Source: Camelus dromedarius
Lineage: Eukaryota
Reading direction: 5' to 3'
DNA length: 64,000 nt
Assembly: GCF_036321535.1 (NCBI RefSeq)
Contig: NC_087436.1
Location: forward strand, 20,958,001-21,022,000
Position 1 is the stretch's first letter. The number at the start of each line of letters is the position of its first letter. The notes below the pieces were generated by a model that was not told the origin of the DNA, searched no databases, and saw only the letters and a list, made by a program, of their open reading frames with translations. Of the stretch, positions 35,961-51,000 are shown piece by piece. The position numbers were made by a program, and so were the translations under genes.

Positions 35961-38333
35961 GAACACCGTGCGTATGTTCAAAACTTGTCTAACATAATGA
36001 CCAATTTAATTTTTTCATTTAGAATATAAGGTGGGAGTGGGGTGACTCTAAGTGTCAGCACTAAAATGCTATGACCTTTCTGGAAGCTGTTTCTTTAAAT
36101 GGATCCCTTTTTGTCCTTTGGGGGGGGATATACATTAATATTTTTTGCTCCTAATTCGGGTGAAAGAAGTAGAAGCTCAGCCTCTCCCAGGATGCCTTTC
36201 ATGGCCATCCTGCAGCTCCCTCCACCACCATAGGTAATTCTGGATACCATTAAATTCTTCCAGTCCTGAGAGGAAAAGTGAGCCTTAGTAGAGCATTGGC
36301 AAAGCTTTGTTTCTCCTGGAAACAAAAGTGTTTAAACTTAAAAGCAGGAGGCATAAATGAAAGGGCACAATAAACGTAGACAGCATTTCCAATAATTTAA
36401 CTTTCTTTTGCCCTGTTTTTCACTCAGAGCAATAAACCCAGAGGTCACAATGCAGACATTTTCTAAGTATTTTCCTTCAGAAAAGTAAGAAAACACAGGA
36501 ACAAGGGAGAAATTTTGGATGGTAAGATACTAATTCATTTTGCCTTTAATTAATTTTGTGGCAAATGTGAAAATCTCAAGAATACATGAGAATATGGATG
36601 AAGAAAAACTCAAGAGTTTTATTTCATTTTCCTGACTCTGATTTCCAGCCTGTTTAAAAGTGACCCTATCAAAGAAAAGGAAAAGTTGTTCATGTAGATA
36701 CAGTATTTTTATAGATGAAACTTTGAAAAAATTGCTGTGAACATCAAGAATAGACAAAACTTTAGAAAGATCTCTTTAGAAAGCTGACTTTTTGAGTGCA
36801 TTTTTATATTTCAAATACCACTCCTAAGTCAAGGGATGGAAATGAAAGTAGGGAAGCTAGCAGAATTTCCATTTTCCTGCCCACAATGACACATTACTGT
36901 TTATATCCCAGTATTCTTGGAACAGTGTTAACCAAAAAAGAGTGGAATTGCGTCTAAAGAACATGTAGAGTCAAGCCTGCTTTAGAGGCAGCTTTTTAAG
37001 TAAGTAATCTTGGGGAGAAGGGACAGAGATGGACTTGAGAACTGAAGCAGTGCCTTAGCTCAGGATCTGTGATGCGAGAGGAAAGAGCCGTGCCCTCCCA
37101 CGTGACGAGTCAGCCCTTTCAGAGAGTCCCCATTGTTACATCTCAAACTTGCAGCTGCTCTCATCAAAGATCACTCTGTGGGGCAGGTTTCACCTGTATC
37201 TCTTTTATGCTCAGAGCCCGTCTTTAGCCAAGAAAACCTCTCCCATGACTGATTTGCCATAGAAATGTGTGTTTTCTGCTTAGGAGGCTGATTTTTGATT
37301 TTTGTAGACCCTCCTAGATTTAACCCATCTTACAATTGAAAAGGTCGCTGAACGCAACGAGCCTTCCTTTGCAGAATCACCTAACTTAGCTCACCTGTTT
37401 TGACCAGCTGAGTTCTAAACACATCGCCATTCCGCCCCAATTCAAATTGCGCTCCATTTTGACTTTGCTTCACATACCCACCCTTCCCCATCTAGCTAGT
37501 TTCGTGATGGACTGGTTTAGTGACTTTGCTTTCACACTTTCTTTCCCTGTGCTTTGACTACACCAGACCGCAGCTTACACTGTATTTTAGTAGCCTGTTT
37601 TATTTGCCAGTCTCCTCAACTCAACAGTTTTGAAACCAGAGACTGATTCACCTTCTCACCACTGTATGCACAGCATCTCCCACAGTAATGGGCATACGTT
37701 GGGCACTTACAAATACTCACTGTGTGATTGAATGAATATATGAATTGGTTAATTAGTTAATTAATACTGTAGTAAAATCTTATGAAAGACATTTGTATTG
37801 CTTTCTAAAAGTAAAGCTTGCAGTTACCTAGTGAAAAATATTATTGCTATCATTATTACTAATTATGATAACTGTAAGTGGAAAAGCAATAAATGGGCAT
37901 AGGAATTAACTGAGAATAATCTAAACATGAAGGCCCAAATTCTTTCCCCCAGGAATACTCTTCCCCCAGATATGTACTTGGTTTCTCCTCCATGTTTTCA
38001 AATGAACCCTCAGCAAATATTCCATGATTACCTTTAAAGAACACAGAACAAGAGAATCAATTGATTTTTCACTGAATGTTTTCAATCAATCCATGTCAGC
38101 TGGTAACTTGAAAGGGCTGCTGAGTAATAATCACCAAAAAATATACTGAAATTGAATGAGTGGGATATGGTCTGACAGATTATTAAGTTAATATAACCAA
38201 TCTCTAAAGTAGCCCTATAAGTAACTGAAATTCTAGAATGCTTGAAATAAAAAGATTTTGAAAGGACTTTCAATATCCAGGCAAAACCATACCTAAATCA
38301 AGCTAGTGGTATGGGCTGCTTATTAATTTGGGC

Positions 38334-38442
38334 CAGGGATAATATTCAAAACATTTAATTACTGGGACCACACAGTACCGATCAATCAGAATGAATACTG
38401 GCCGACAACGTAACAGTGCAGGCCCGCTAAGTATCAACACTG
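38334..38442. mobile_element. Small hAT-type MITE (family uncertain)
   Basis: Imperfect TIRs CAGGGATAATATTCA and TAAGTATCAACACTG around an internal accgatcaatcagaatg. Confidence 0.5.
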
Positions 38443-40687
38443 GTTCTAGATAAAATTATAAAATGAGTTAGACAGTAAGAGGCCATTTTCTTATCTTCCC
38501 CCCAAAACCCTAACTATAAATGCTTGAAAAGGCAAGATCACATGTTCTTTAACTGGTCACACTGAGTAATGTTCTAATATCAACGCTGTAAACCACTGGG
38601 GCATTTCTGGTCTGAGGGCAAGTTTTGCTTGGACTGAACAGCATCTGTTTAATGTGAAGTAACTGACAATTTTGCAATAAGTAGACTTCACGGAAAATGA
38701 TTTGGTTTCTCCTGAGATATCAAAGATCTATAAATAACAACCCCACAACCCCTCTGGACAACAATGATGAGCAGCTGCTCTCTTCAGAAAGGGCATCCTC
38801 CCATGTGGATGCAGTCAGCACTAGCTTTGGTTTACACTTTTAAGTAACCTGCTCTGTGCCTTGAGTTTGACACTTGAGTCTGGAAGCTGTTTAGAGTTCA
38901 GTTAGCCAAACAGCAGAGAGCAGCCTCAAGCTTCCTGTGAGTCTTAGTCACCTAATTAGAGTTCCTCTACCCTATGTTTCCTGCCACAAAGCAAACAAAT
39001 GGTTGTCATAAGAACAGTTTCAAAGATAAATGACTTGGAAATGAATATAAATAGTATGGACAGGCTGTCCACAAAAGTGCGATAGAGAGTACTGTATAAT
39101 TTTACCAAAGAATAATGTTTTCTGTGTCATCTCCTTACAATTTATCACAACACCTTTTTGCAAGGAGTTATTATTCCAAACATAGTACCCTTAAATTGCA
39201 GTAAGAATTGGGTTTCAGATGAACGATTTCATGTCTCCTAAAATTTCAATAAAAATTCAGGCTTGTTTTATCTTGTTAATAAAGACCTTGGTTTAGCTGT
39301 ATTTAACTAGAGTGTTACAGAGACAAAGCAATTAGTGTGCTTTGAATCTTTTTTTTGTCTCAGAGACACACATTTGTAATATCCTCAAACTATAATCCAA
39401 ACTATTTCTCTCAACAGTAAGTTTAAAAAACTCCAACTGCAAGTGCTTAATCACAGTCGATTAATATTGACCAAAGAATGTACGGAAGAGGAATGCAAAG
39501 TCAAGTCAATAACTAGTCATGTCAAATAAAACTCATTTTCTTTTTTCCAATAGGATCACGAGGTTGGTGGATCAGGGGAATGTGACCACAAAGTGCATCT
39601 ATGAATAACAGGTCTTTTTTCCTTTATCTTCTTGTAGACAGATGGAGGAATATGGGCTAAACAAAATCACTGTTAGAAGGATTTTTATCTTTTTCTTAAA
39701 ACTGGCTCTTTCTCCAGGGATTTCTTTCTTATTTTGTCGTACCATCATTTACCACCAAACATCCAAGCTAGAAATCTTGGCGTCATCCTGATTCCTTTTT
39801 CTCCTTCTTCACCCACATTCAATATTCTGCTGTTTCTCAAACCCAATCTCTTTTCCTCATCTTCATTGCTGCTTCTCTGACAGGTCCTCCTACTGTCATA
39901 GCTTTCTAAGTGTTCTTGCCCTCCAAACTCTTCCTTTTAAATCCATCCCTACAAGGCCACCAGTTTGATTATTTAAAATAACAGTCACACCATGGCACTA
40001 CTCCACATAAAACTCACTGATGACTCCCCATCCGAAGCCCTCACGATCTTAGGCTGTAATATAATGAAATTCAAGATCTAGGATGTAGGCAGTGAAAGTG
40101 CCACTCTGTTCTTCAGGGAAAGATCACACCAAGATATGGGAAAACTAGACAGAAACTAGAATCACCAAGAACCACACAACCCATTCATATGAATCTGGAG
40201 ATGTTTTATGTGGAAAAGTCTCTGTATTGAGCAATATGGAAATAATCAGAAGACTGTAGATTTGTTCTTCAAGGCTGAAGAAATGGAAATGAAGATCCAT
40301 ATATAGTAGAGAATCAAATTTTGATAATTACAAGAAACAACTTTTAATGCTTTGAATTAAACAAGATTATGCAAAGAAAGTGATGCATTTCCCACCCCTG
40401 AAAGTATTCCAACATAGACTGGACAATTTACTTGCCTGATCACGGTATTGTAAAAACTGTCCATGTCTCTAATAATTCAGCTATATGAACTTTAAAGTCC
40501 TTCAAATCCCAATATGCTGTGATTAACTTTCCAAAATTATAAGGTAAGAAAATACTTTTCTATTATAAGATTTACTGTATCAAAATACTGGCAACCACTG
40601 GCTTACCTGTAATAAAACAATTTCTCTCTGATCCTTTTTGGCCAACCACACCCATCTTCCAATTACCTGCATCAATATTTTTAACAA

Positions 40688-41670
40688 TCTTTTTTTTTCT
40701 TTTGTCAAAGTATAACTGACATACAATATTACATTATTTTCAGGTGTACAACATAGTGATTCGACATTTATATACAGTCTAGTAACCATCTGTCACCAAA
40801 GTTATTACAGTATTGTTTGGCAATATTCTGTATGTTGTAGGTTACATCCCCATGACTTACTTACTTTATAACTGGAAGTTTGTCCCTATTAATCACTTTC
40901 ACCTATTTTGTCTGATCCCCAATTCCCCTCCCTTTGTCTATCACCACCTTGTTTCTCTGTAACTGAAGGTCTGTTTCTGTTTTGTTTTGCTTGTTCATTT
41001 GTTTCTGTTTTTTTTTTTAGGTTCCACATGTAAGTGAAATCATACAGTATTTGTCTTTCTCTGATTTATTTCATTTAACATAATACTCTCTAGATCCATC
41101 CATGTTGTTGTAAATGGCAAGATTTTATTCTTTTTTATGACAAAATTCCACTCTCTATATATACATAAACCTCTCACATCTTCTTTGTCCATTCATTTAT
41201 CAATGGACACTTGGGTTGCTTCTGTATCTTGCCAATTGTAAATAATACTGCTACGAAGCTAGATGTGTATATATCTTTTTGAATTAATGTTTTCATTTTC
41301 TTCAGATAAATACTCAGAGTGGAATTACTGGATTATATGGTAGTTCTATTTTTAATTTTTTGAGGAACCTCCATATTGTTTTCCATAGTAGCTGTACCAA
41401 TTTACATTCCCACTAACACTGTTTGAGGGTTCCCTTTCCTCCACATCTCCCCAACACTTACTTGTCTTTTTGATAACGGCCATTCAGACAGATGTGAGGT
41501 GGTATCTCATTGTCGTTTTGATCTGTATTTCCCTGGTGGTTAGTGATGGTTGAGCCCCTTTTCACGTGCCTGTTGGCCATCTGTATCTCTTCCTTGGAAA
41601 AAGGTCTATTCAGTTTCTTTGCATATTTTTTTAATCAAATTGCTTTTTTGATATTGAATTGCATGAGCCT
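40688..41670 (-). mobile_element. L1 3' ~1 kb (ORF2 end and 3'UTR), antisense
   Basis: Poly-T, then tccatccatgttgttgtaaatggcaagatt...ggaacctccatattgttttccatagt...gtgaggtggtatctcattgt...gcctgttggccatctgtat. Confidence 0.9.
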
Positions 41671-44600
41671 TCACTTCAGAAATTTAGACAGAGGGGAGTT
41701 TCTTCTCACTACACCTAAGGATGAAATATCAATAAATTACCCTCAGTGTTTTTCCCAAAACACTCGATTACATATGGACTCTAATGGAATGTTAATATCA
41801 GGTAAAATCAGGGGAAAAAAGTTCAGTGATGGTCACAGAGCATAAAGAAATATCATTAATCCATTCTCCACTCTAAGTTCTGTTAATCAGCTTCCCTTGA
41901 GTCTTGGATGCATAATAACTGTCATTTCCACCTCTTCTGGAAATGGCTAGGTATGTTTTAAAATTGTATGGCTCATTTCGTGGTCTTTCTAACAGCAGTG
42001 ACAATATTCTGTGGAATATCACAGTGTTCACTGAAACCCTTTAGTGATTATGCCCATCAGTTATAAATGAAATACCCTACTAGGCACCCCGACTGTGTAA
42101 GGCCACTAAAGCTTCTCCAGCCAGCCCCACAAGAAAGCTCTCCCTCTCAGAGTGGAGGGTAAGTTTGAGTACATTTCTTGAGGCCTTTGGAAGAAGCTGT
42201 ACCTGGCAAACTGAAAAGAAAAAAAAAAAAAAACGATTGTATCATTTGTTTTTAAATACTGATGTCCCGAGGGGTTAAAAAATACCAGTCTCCAAGCCAC
42301 ATTTTCCCTGCGGTAAATTTTATCTACTGCCATGCAGAGTTCTCTCCTCTTGCTAATGAATCACTTTAAATAACTCTTCCACAGCTCACAGCTTGTTGAG
42401 GCCATGCTTTTAAGCCATCTGTTTTTCCATTGTAGATGGACTCTTGTGATTATTTAAAATTAGTTTAAATATTATACTTTCAATAGCATTTATAGAGACC
42501 CAGGATTAGAAGAATTCATTTCTGTCTTGTTCCTCTTGCCTACATCCGACATTATTCACCCTGAACAGATGTAGCAGGAGGCAGAGCAGGAAAGCAGAAG
42601 GAGAATCTGCAGTTCTCTTGAGCCAAGCCATCCATGGGTAAAAAGCACCTGGTTTTGATTCTCCACTAGGACAAGCTGCCTGACAATCATTCTCATTCTC
42701 ACTTTCTACCTCTGATTCTATTCCACAGTTTCTGTACTTTCTGGAAAAACAACCCACAAAAGAAATTTGCCCAAACCTAACATGTTTTCAGTGTCCACAA
42801 GCTGGAGTTCTGTGCTCAAGTCACCACCACAGGTTTTCTCTCAGACACTGACCTCAGAGGACAGGGCCTGGGTCTACCTCATCCATCACCATCTCCCAGT
42901 TATTACTTAACTACAGACACAAATGCTTCCAAACCGCAATTTCCCTTTTATGTTTTTTTTTTTTCATTTTAATTCTCTGTTCTTGTTACTTCTATTCTAA
43001 ACGGGAACCCAGTGGCCAAAAATAATAAAATTTAATTTTAAAATGAAATAATTTTTTAAATCAAAAGTTATAAAAAGAAAAAAAGAAAGAAAAGAAGTAA
43101 CAATTGACATCAAGGAAGACTTCTTAAGCACCTGTAAGCGCTTCAGGAATTCTAAAGAAGGTCAGTATATATGCAAATGTCTGGCTCATTAACAAGAAGG
43201 CACAGGAGTAGCAAAACCAAGAAGTTGACCTATGAGCGAAGCAGTGGGCAGTGGTTGGCTATTCTGATCACTCTACTAAATTCTCAAGAAATCCACCGCA
43301 TCCTCGTTCATCGGCATGGCACGTATCTGTCCTGGACCAATGGCCACAGCTCCGGAAAGCCAGCCAAAACTTTTTAAATTCTGAGACCTCTGATAAAACT
43401 GTGACCAGATAGTATTTTTAAGATTCAACCTATGTTTATTTTTCTCCCTTCCATTCAGGCAGACATGCATGCAGTCATGTATTTCTTGCCTCCAAGGAGT
43501 AAACTAATAGAAAAAAAGAGCAGAATTTAACCCAAATTTCTCTGTCCTTTGGATTCCAAACATACCAGTTCCAGGGAAGGAAGGCTACATCATGCCAATA
43601 AAATATTTTTAAGAAGCAGGAGGGAGAGTGCCAACAGCCCCATCAGAAAAGTTCTCCAAGGCTGCAGGAAGTGAGAAGATGGGGACTGCAGCTTGCTTTC
43701 TGCAGAGAAGGAAGTGGGGAGATCACAGGGGAAATGGCTCTGGTGCACCTTGGAAACTGAGACCACGTCATGGGTGTAGCAGAGAGCCAGCGCACCTTGA
43801 GGGCTGTGCTGAGACACAGATGAGGTGTCTAACTGCTCGCCCGTGTGGGTAAACAACTCAATGACCAGATGCCATGCCCTGAATTCTTAGCGCTGTACCA
43901 GTTTTTTACAACTGTGACATGAATTCCTGGGAGATAGGAAAACCATTCAAAGACTACCATTAAAACTTCCTGCCTTCCTGAATGTACAGAGGCCCAAATA
44001 AGACTCATGCTGAGTTACAGAAAAATAAAGAAGCTCTTCCTCTCCACCTGCAGTGTTCCTCAAGCCACGGTAGATGGGGATTCGTGATTTCGCTTTAAAT
44101 AGCACATAGCCATGTGAGGTTGCACCACAGTTCCTGAAGTTTCAAGACCAAATTGCTCCCCAGGTGAAAATCCATCCCAGCCACTCACGTTTCTCCCTAC
44201 CTCCACAAAGAATAGAGGCAATTCTACATTTCTCAGCTATTTAATCACAAGGCACCTATTCAATTTGGGATTTGCAAACACTTAACCTGTTTTAATGAGA
44301 CCTTTTGGACAACAATCCCCATCTCAGCTGTGGGGCCTTGATTTTTTCCTTAGAATGTGATTCCTGCAAAACACACAGCAAGCTACTTCCATTATCCTCT
44401 ATTTTATACCCTTCACACTCCCACATGCTTCACAAATTACTGTCCGAACTACATCTGCAACTTTGAATAGGTGAGAAAAATATCTTCTAAGGCAAGTTCT
44501 CTGTAGACATTTCTGTACAGCAACCAGAGGTTAATTTCAGCATGTGACTTAGCCACATGAGTGAGTGACTACAGCATAAAGAGAATTAATCTCAGTCTGC

Positions 44601-47600
44601 TTTTATTGTTTGAGAGCAAGGCTGGTCAATACCTACTGTAGAGTTTCATGGGTTCAATCAATGTCTCCATGTTTTCCTCTCCCTCTTACAATAGGACCTG
44701 ATGTTTTTACTTTATCAGTAACTGAACAAATTCTGACAACAAGGAATTTTATTCCAAACCACAACTGACCATTCATTTTAGTTCTTCCCCCACTCAGAGA
44801 CGCAGAGCAAGTGAAGATCACTGCCTCTTGCCTGTGCCATTGCCTTGTTGATGGCATCTTCACAATGGAAAGTTGCCTGGCACACAGTATGTGCTCCATA
44901 AATGTGCATTAATAACAGTAGGCTTTGTTGGCATGAGAGTAATGGAAAGTCAGAACAAGGGTAGAAGGGTTGATCTCAGAGTCTGGGTCAGGAAATAGAT
45001 TGCCTCCATGAGGCAAGACAAGACAAAGACGAGATGAGACGGCATAGATTCTGCAGAAGTAAATGGCAGGATGGAAAGGAAAAGCTGGCGAAAGGAAGGG
45101 AGCCAGATACACAAGGACAGGAGCTCCCAGGAGAAGATCTAGAGGGGAATAAAGATCCCCTGCATACAGCAAATATGTAGAAGGGGACAAATCTAAAAAG
45201 AAGAAATGGGAGCGATGAAATTAAACAAAAAGCAGAGAGCAGGGGGCGCAGGAAGCTCAGCATTGCTTTAGCTGGTGTATTGGTTTCAGAGGAAATTATC
45301 ATCTATTATTTCTGCCCTTTGAAACTTTAATCTGTTAACCAATTATTCAGTTTTTATTTTTGTGAAGTCTTAAGTGGGTCCACACTGAAGGCATAATGGC
45401 TTCCCATTGGTGGAGAGAGGAAGGGAAATAGTTACTTCCTGACTGGCAGAAGTGGCGAAGGCAATGCTGTCTCCCAGACCACCTATTGCAGCTGAAAATT
45501 GCATCTGGTAGCCAAATAGTTCCTCACCCTCTGTGTTAATCTTTTGAACAAGTTCAACTCAAAGACTGAATTATGCTACCCCTAGGAGTGTTAAAAAGAT
45601 TAATGACCTTAATATCTGTAAAGTTCTTTGAAGGTTAAAAAGTACAAGTACAGTTTTTTAAAGCCTGCATTTAATTTGTGTAACTAAAATATATTGTAAT
45701 GTTTCATTTAGACAAGTCTTTGAGGAAGAAAGAAACATGCACAAATTACATTGATTTATGTCCCTGTGCTGCTCCTGATTGGGAAAGTGATTTGTTACAT
45801 GACCTTGAAAAGATAGAAGACGCCAGAAAGGGGGTGGTGAGGAGAGAGAGCAAGTAAGGAAAGTGACCTATTTTGAAATCACAGCTCTCCCAGGAGCACA
45901 GCCAGGGGCTGTAAGACTGGGATACGGACAACTTGCCTCTGTGAACACTTTCACCTCTTTTTAAGGCATCACATCCTCACGTACCCCCATCCCCTGGCAG
46001 CCTGGAAACACTCCATTTTCTGTACCCCAGACCCTGGGTCAACTATCTGGAGCTGCTCCAACTCCAACTCCTTAAAATTCAAAAGTCCCACTTTTTACCA
46101 ACACCTCCTGTCCTGCCATTTCTTTCTTCCCCTTCCTGCCATCGTATCTGTTCTTCCACCAGGGAGATGTTTGCTTTCTCACTGTCTGCCCTCCTGGTAT
46201 CAACTCCTTCCCTCCTGCCTGGTCATTCAACCTCTTCAACTGCACCGTAAGCTCCCGCACCTTCTCCCCCTCTCTGCCCTCATCCAGTCAACCCAGTCCT
46301 GGGTCAATCTAGTCACTTCTTAGTCTGCATCCACAAGACACCCCACTTTGCTTCTACCAATTAAATCAAATAAGATAAAGTGAAATAAAATAAGCAAGAT
46401 AGCATAAGATAAAACAGAATAGGACGAAGTAAAATAGCACTGTATTTATTGGCCTCGACTATAAATAGTGGCTTCAATTGGACTCTTGGTCTAATTGTAC
46501 CTAGAACTCTCTCCGTCTGGCTGACATTTGTATTCTTTGGGTTAGCGGTTCCAACACCTCACCCCTCTCAAATTCTCTACTCCATTCCCACTTTTAATTT
46601 TCCTCCAATGATCTTGCTCACACTTCACACAAAAAAGAGAGACCAGGAGTCAAGCCCTTCTCCAATTTCTCTTTCCTTCTCCTCTAGATTTAACGTATAC
46701 AGATTCATGACCTTTTCTCTTAAAGACAAAGTGGCTCTCCCACTTCCTAGACTATCCACATGATTTAATCCTACGTCTATATTTCTGACTTCACGATACT
46801 ACGAGCTCTTCTTTCCCTGGGTAATATTGACCCTTCTCTCTTTTTGAGAAAAAAAATGGCACTGGAACACCACTGACTAAATCATATTACCAAGAAGGGA
46901 AAACACATCACGGGGAATTTTTTTAAAATATGAGACCTACTGTACTTTAAGAATAACAGCCAGCATTTGCTGAGCAGTTACTATGTTTCTGGTAGTCTAG
47001 TAAGTGCTTTATATTCATATCTCAGTTGATCCCCCCATAACTCTTTCCAGAAAAATTCTGTTAATACTATTATTTAAAAATGATTTAGTAATGAACAACC
47101 ACAACAATATCTGGGGGACTATTGCTGCAAAGTGATAATGTCAGGTCGATAGCATTGGAATTATCTCCAAAGTATACATACTCATTAATCATATCTTCAT
47201 CCAGTCATTGGTTAAATTGCAAGGCCAAAAAGCATATGTGAGTATATTTTAGGTGTTCACTTCCACTGTTTTAAAAATATTAAATAGATTACTAATTCTG
47301 ATATTGTCTGTACAGATCTATACTGGACAGAAGAACTCTGAAAATATCTAGAGACAGAAGGCTCTCTCTGAAAGCTACATTGTAAGTCCTAGGAGCTTGT
47401 CACAGAGAAGCTTCCTATCTTGCTGGCTATGGTGGGACAGGGACTTGCATCTTGATGGTGTCCTTTTGACACATGGTGTACAAGTCAAAAAGTTATCTGA
47501 AATATCTCACTTATCCACACAAAAGCAATCTCTTTTTCATATAGAATGAGGAGTTGGGAGGATTTCTGCAGTTTCCCTGTTCTAATAAACCTGAAAAGTT

Positions 47601-47629
47601 CTAAAAAGAGCCACGTTGTATTTGGGTGT

Positions 47630-48074
47630 TGTTATGGATTGAAGTGTATCCCGTCACCCAAATTCCTATGTTGAAGCCCCTACTCCCAGTATCTTAGAAT
47701 GTGATCTCATCTAGAAATAAGGTTATTGCAGATGCAGTTAGTTAAAATAAGGGCACAGTGGAGTAGGATGGGCACCATCCAACATGAACTGAGTATAAGA
47801 CTTGGACACAGGCAGCAGAAACACAGGGAGAACACATGTGAAGGTGAAAGTAGAGATTCTGGTCACACAGCAGAAGCCAAGGAACACCAGAGATGGCCAA
47901 CAGATCACCAGAAGCTAGGAGAGAGGCATGGAATAGATTCTCCCTCATATGCCTCAGAGTAACCAACCTTGATCTTAGACTTCAAGCCTCCAGAACTGTG
48001 AGACAATAGATCTCTGTTGTCTAAACCACTTGGTCTGTGGTAACTCATTACAGCAGCTCTAGTAAATAGATACA
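47630..48074 (+). mobile_element. MaLR solo LTR (MLT1-type) with perfect 5-bp TSD
   Basis: TG...CA ends, cagaagctaggagagaggcatggaatagattctccctca and gacttcaagcctccagaactgtgagacaata. TSD GGTGT at 47625-47629 and 48075-48079. Confidence 0.9.
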
Positions 48075-51000
48075 GGTGTCTTTAAGGGTCAAAGATACCT
48101 GTCGATGCAAAGAGCTTCAATATCCAAAGGGGAATGCTTCTTAAAAATGAAGTAGAGAAAACATAAAGATGTCTTCCCTAATGTTTCTTTCTTTCATTGT
48201 AGTTTCTGTTCTTCTTTCATATTTTTTTTCAAAATACTTAATATGTAGCCTCTTTCAGATTACTCCACTATCTGCCGCTCTTGGAGTGCTTTTCTAAGAG
48301 GAAATATTTGTGTGCTTGCTGATTCTTCCTTCTGGTGTTCTTTTCACTGTCTGGTTCATAATTTTTTTTATGAGTTCATGTCCAGTGGGTTTATGTTGGT
48401 CTCCAGGAATCCAGTTTGCCCAGAGATGTGGAAGTTTTCCTACAAAAAGTCTCTTTCAGAGCCCATCCTGACTCTGAGTTCCTTCTATGCTTATGGCATC
48501 CAAGGATTTCTCTTTCTTTTTGTCAAGTTTGTCCATGATCATTTTTGTTGATGTTGTTTGCTATTTTATCCAGTATTTTCAAATGTCTTCAGCAGGTGTG
48601 GGCCCCTTCTGCATCAGCTTATTTGGCCAATTGCCCAGAATTTCAATTTCATAGACTCTCAAGAACATGCAGATAATAATATTAATAAAAATAATAAAAG
48701 AATAATCATTTGTCTTCCATTTTATCACTTACCCCAAATATTTTTGTCTCTTTCTCTCACCTACCAGAAGTAAAGTGACAGAAGCTCTTTGACACTTCAA
48801 CTGGACCAAGCCTTTTGTATCTCTTGATATCATAAAAAAAAAAAAAAACAGAAAATTATACAGCAGTTCCTGAAAATCATTCTAGAAAAATTCATGTATT
48901 TATAAGTTTGCTAAAATGCAAACTTTGCAAGACCAAAAAAGGGGACTGTAGTACTGCCAGATGCTTTGAAACACTTGTCATATATTTCCAGTTCAAACTT
49001 CCAAGACTGAAGGAAACTCTGCCTTTCATTTGTCCTACTGAGTGTCAAGAAGATTAGAGATCACTATTTTGACAAAGGCTTGTGTAACAGGAACGCTAGT
49101 TTGAAACTGGACAGTGATATCTGCTCCTGACACAAGGCTGTGTTCACTGTTGGCCTTCAGGATTGGCTTTAGTCACACAGAGCAAACAGTCAGCTGTTTG
49201 AAACAAAAAAATTTGCAAAAGCTTATTTGTATAAGGAGTTTGATTTTGGATAAAAGAAGAAGGTGAGGATTTTAGAAAAGGACTGGAAATGCAAGCAGGG
49301 GAAATAGAAGGAGATGCTGCTGAGGCTGACTGGAAGGACTATGTGCGAGTCAGGGTATAAGCTTAGTTAGGTTCCCAAGGGATACAGTGGGAAACCCAAT
49401 CGAGAAGGTAAAACAAGCACCTGCGCACCTTGAGGGCTGATGGCTTTGGGAACCTCAGACAACAGTCTGCATAGTGCTGATCCTGTCATTCCAAGGCAAG
49501 CACAGGAAACACAGCAGCAATGAGGCATCATGTAGTTTCTCAGCCAGAGCATCAGCAAAGAGGTGGAAGCAAAGATTGGGGCAAACAAACCACCTATGGT
49601 GACCGAGGCTGGCAGACCAGTTTGTGCTAGAGGACTCTCTTGGTGACACTGTATCCCCTCCTTCTGAGTGAGGCCTTATTCTCAGACCAAGAGTATGTGC
49701 CTATAGCTTCTTTTAAAATAAACCCTTTCTCAGGAGACCTCTCATCCTTCAAGAAGATAGTAGATCATCTCCTCCAGACTATGTCTGCATCCTGAGATAA
49801 GCACAGCTTCAACTCAAGCTGAAATCACATCATTTATATTTAATCTATATTTCCTTATAATTAATGTTCCACATCTTTCTAGACTCTGTTACAAAAATCA
49901 TATTCAGGAATTCCTAGGAATGGGAACCAAAGAATTCAACAATTCTGTCCTAGGCCCTAGTAAAGGGTTGGTGGCTCTGGACATCAGCATTTATGACCCA
50001 GCCAGGGATGAGAAAAATCACAAAATTCCTAGGTCTTACTTTTCCCTGAGGAGAAAGACTGTTCTGAGCTTGCTGAAGTCTCCCTTGACTACTTTCACCT
50101 CCACCCTAGACATTACTCCTCCCAACATTAACTATTTCCAGGAAAACTTTTCCCTAAGCCTCTCAGACCAGTCACACTATGCCCCAGCCCCACAACCTTG
50201 GCCTTCTGCCTAAAATACTAACAGTATAAGGATCTGCCTGATTTGGATCAGTTTTGCCTTCTTCTGACAGACAAGGTACCTAGGAAAGCCTGGAGAACCA
50301 TCCAGTGCATTCCAACCTTCCCTTAGCTCTCACTTTCTGAGCTAGACTGTGGGAAACAAAAAAAGCAGAGGAGTCTGGCCTCAATGCCACACGTCACTTA
50401 CCCAAGATACAGAGATAAGATACGTACAATGGGGAGATTTTCTTGAGGTTGTCACCTCCCTGCAGCCCAAATCACCTCCTTCACCTCTGACTGGTCCCCA
50501 AGAGAGACTTTCCTGTGGCTGCAGGTTTAACACAGGCACTGGCACGGCAGCCCTCTCATTTGTGCTTTTGTATTAAGCCTCTGAAAGCATCTTTCCTGAC
50601 AATGAAAGCTAAAATTTCCTTTTTGTTTGCTTTGTTACCAGTAAGTGTTTGATGTAAGATGAAAGATGCTGAAAAGCTAGAAGGACTTGGTCGATGCTTT
50701 CAAGGAAAGACCAAGGAAAAATTTCTTTTCTTGATAGGGTGACGTTTACATAATGAAGAATGTAGTCTGTGAAGTTGTTCTGGGACCAGGTGACATCAGT
50801 AGCTGCAACCAAACCACATTTCAACATCCTAGTGAAAGACATGGTCTCCCGTTGCTACAGGTAGTCTTGACTTATTAGATTTGAAGGTAATAAACTGTAT
50901 AATAAATCCACAAAAAGCCTCATGACCTTATACCAAATATGTAAATTCTGTAATATAAACGTTAGACTCTTAACGCTTATAAAATCGTTAAGTGTAAGGG

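Noticed and set aside
46360..46440. Periodic AAATA/AAGAT pentamer array
   Set aside because: Degenerate low-complexity microsatellite with no spacer structure.
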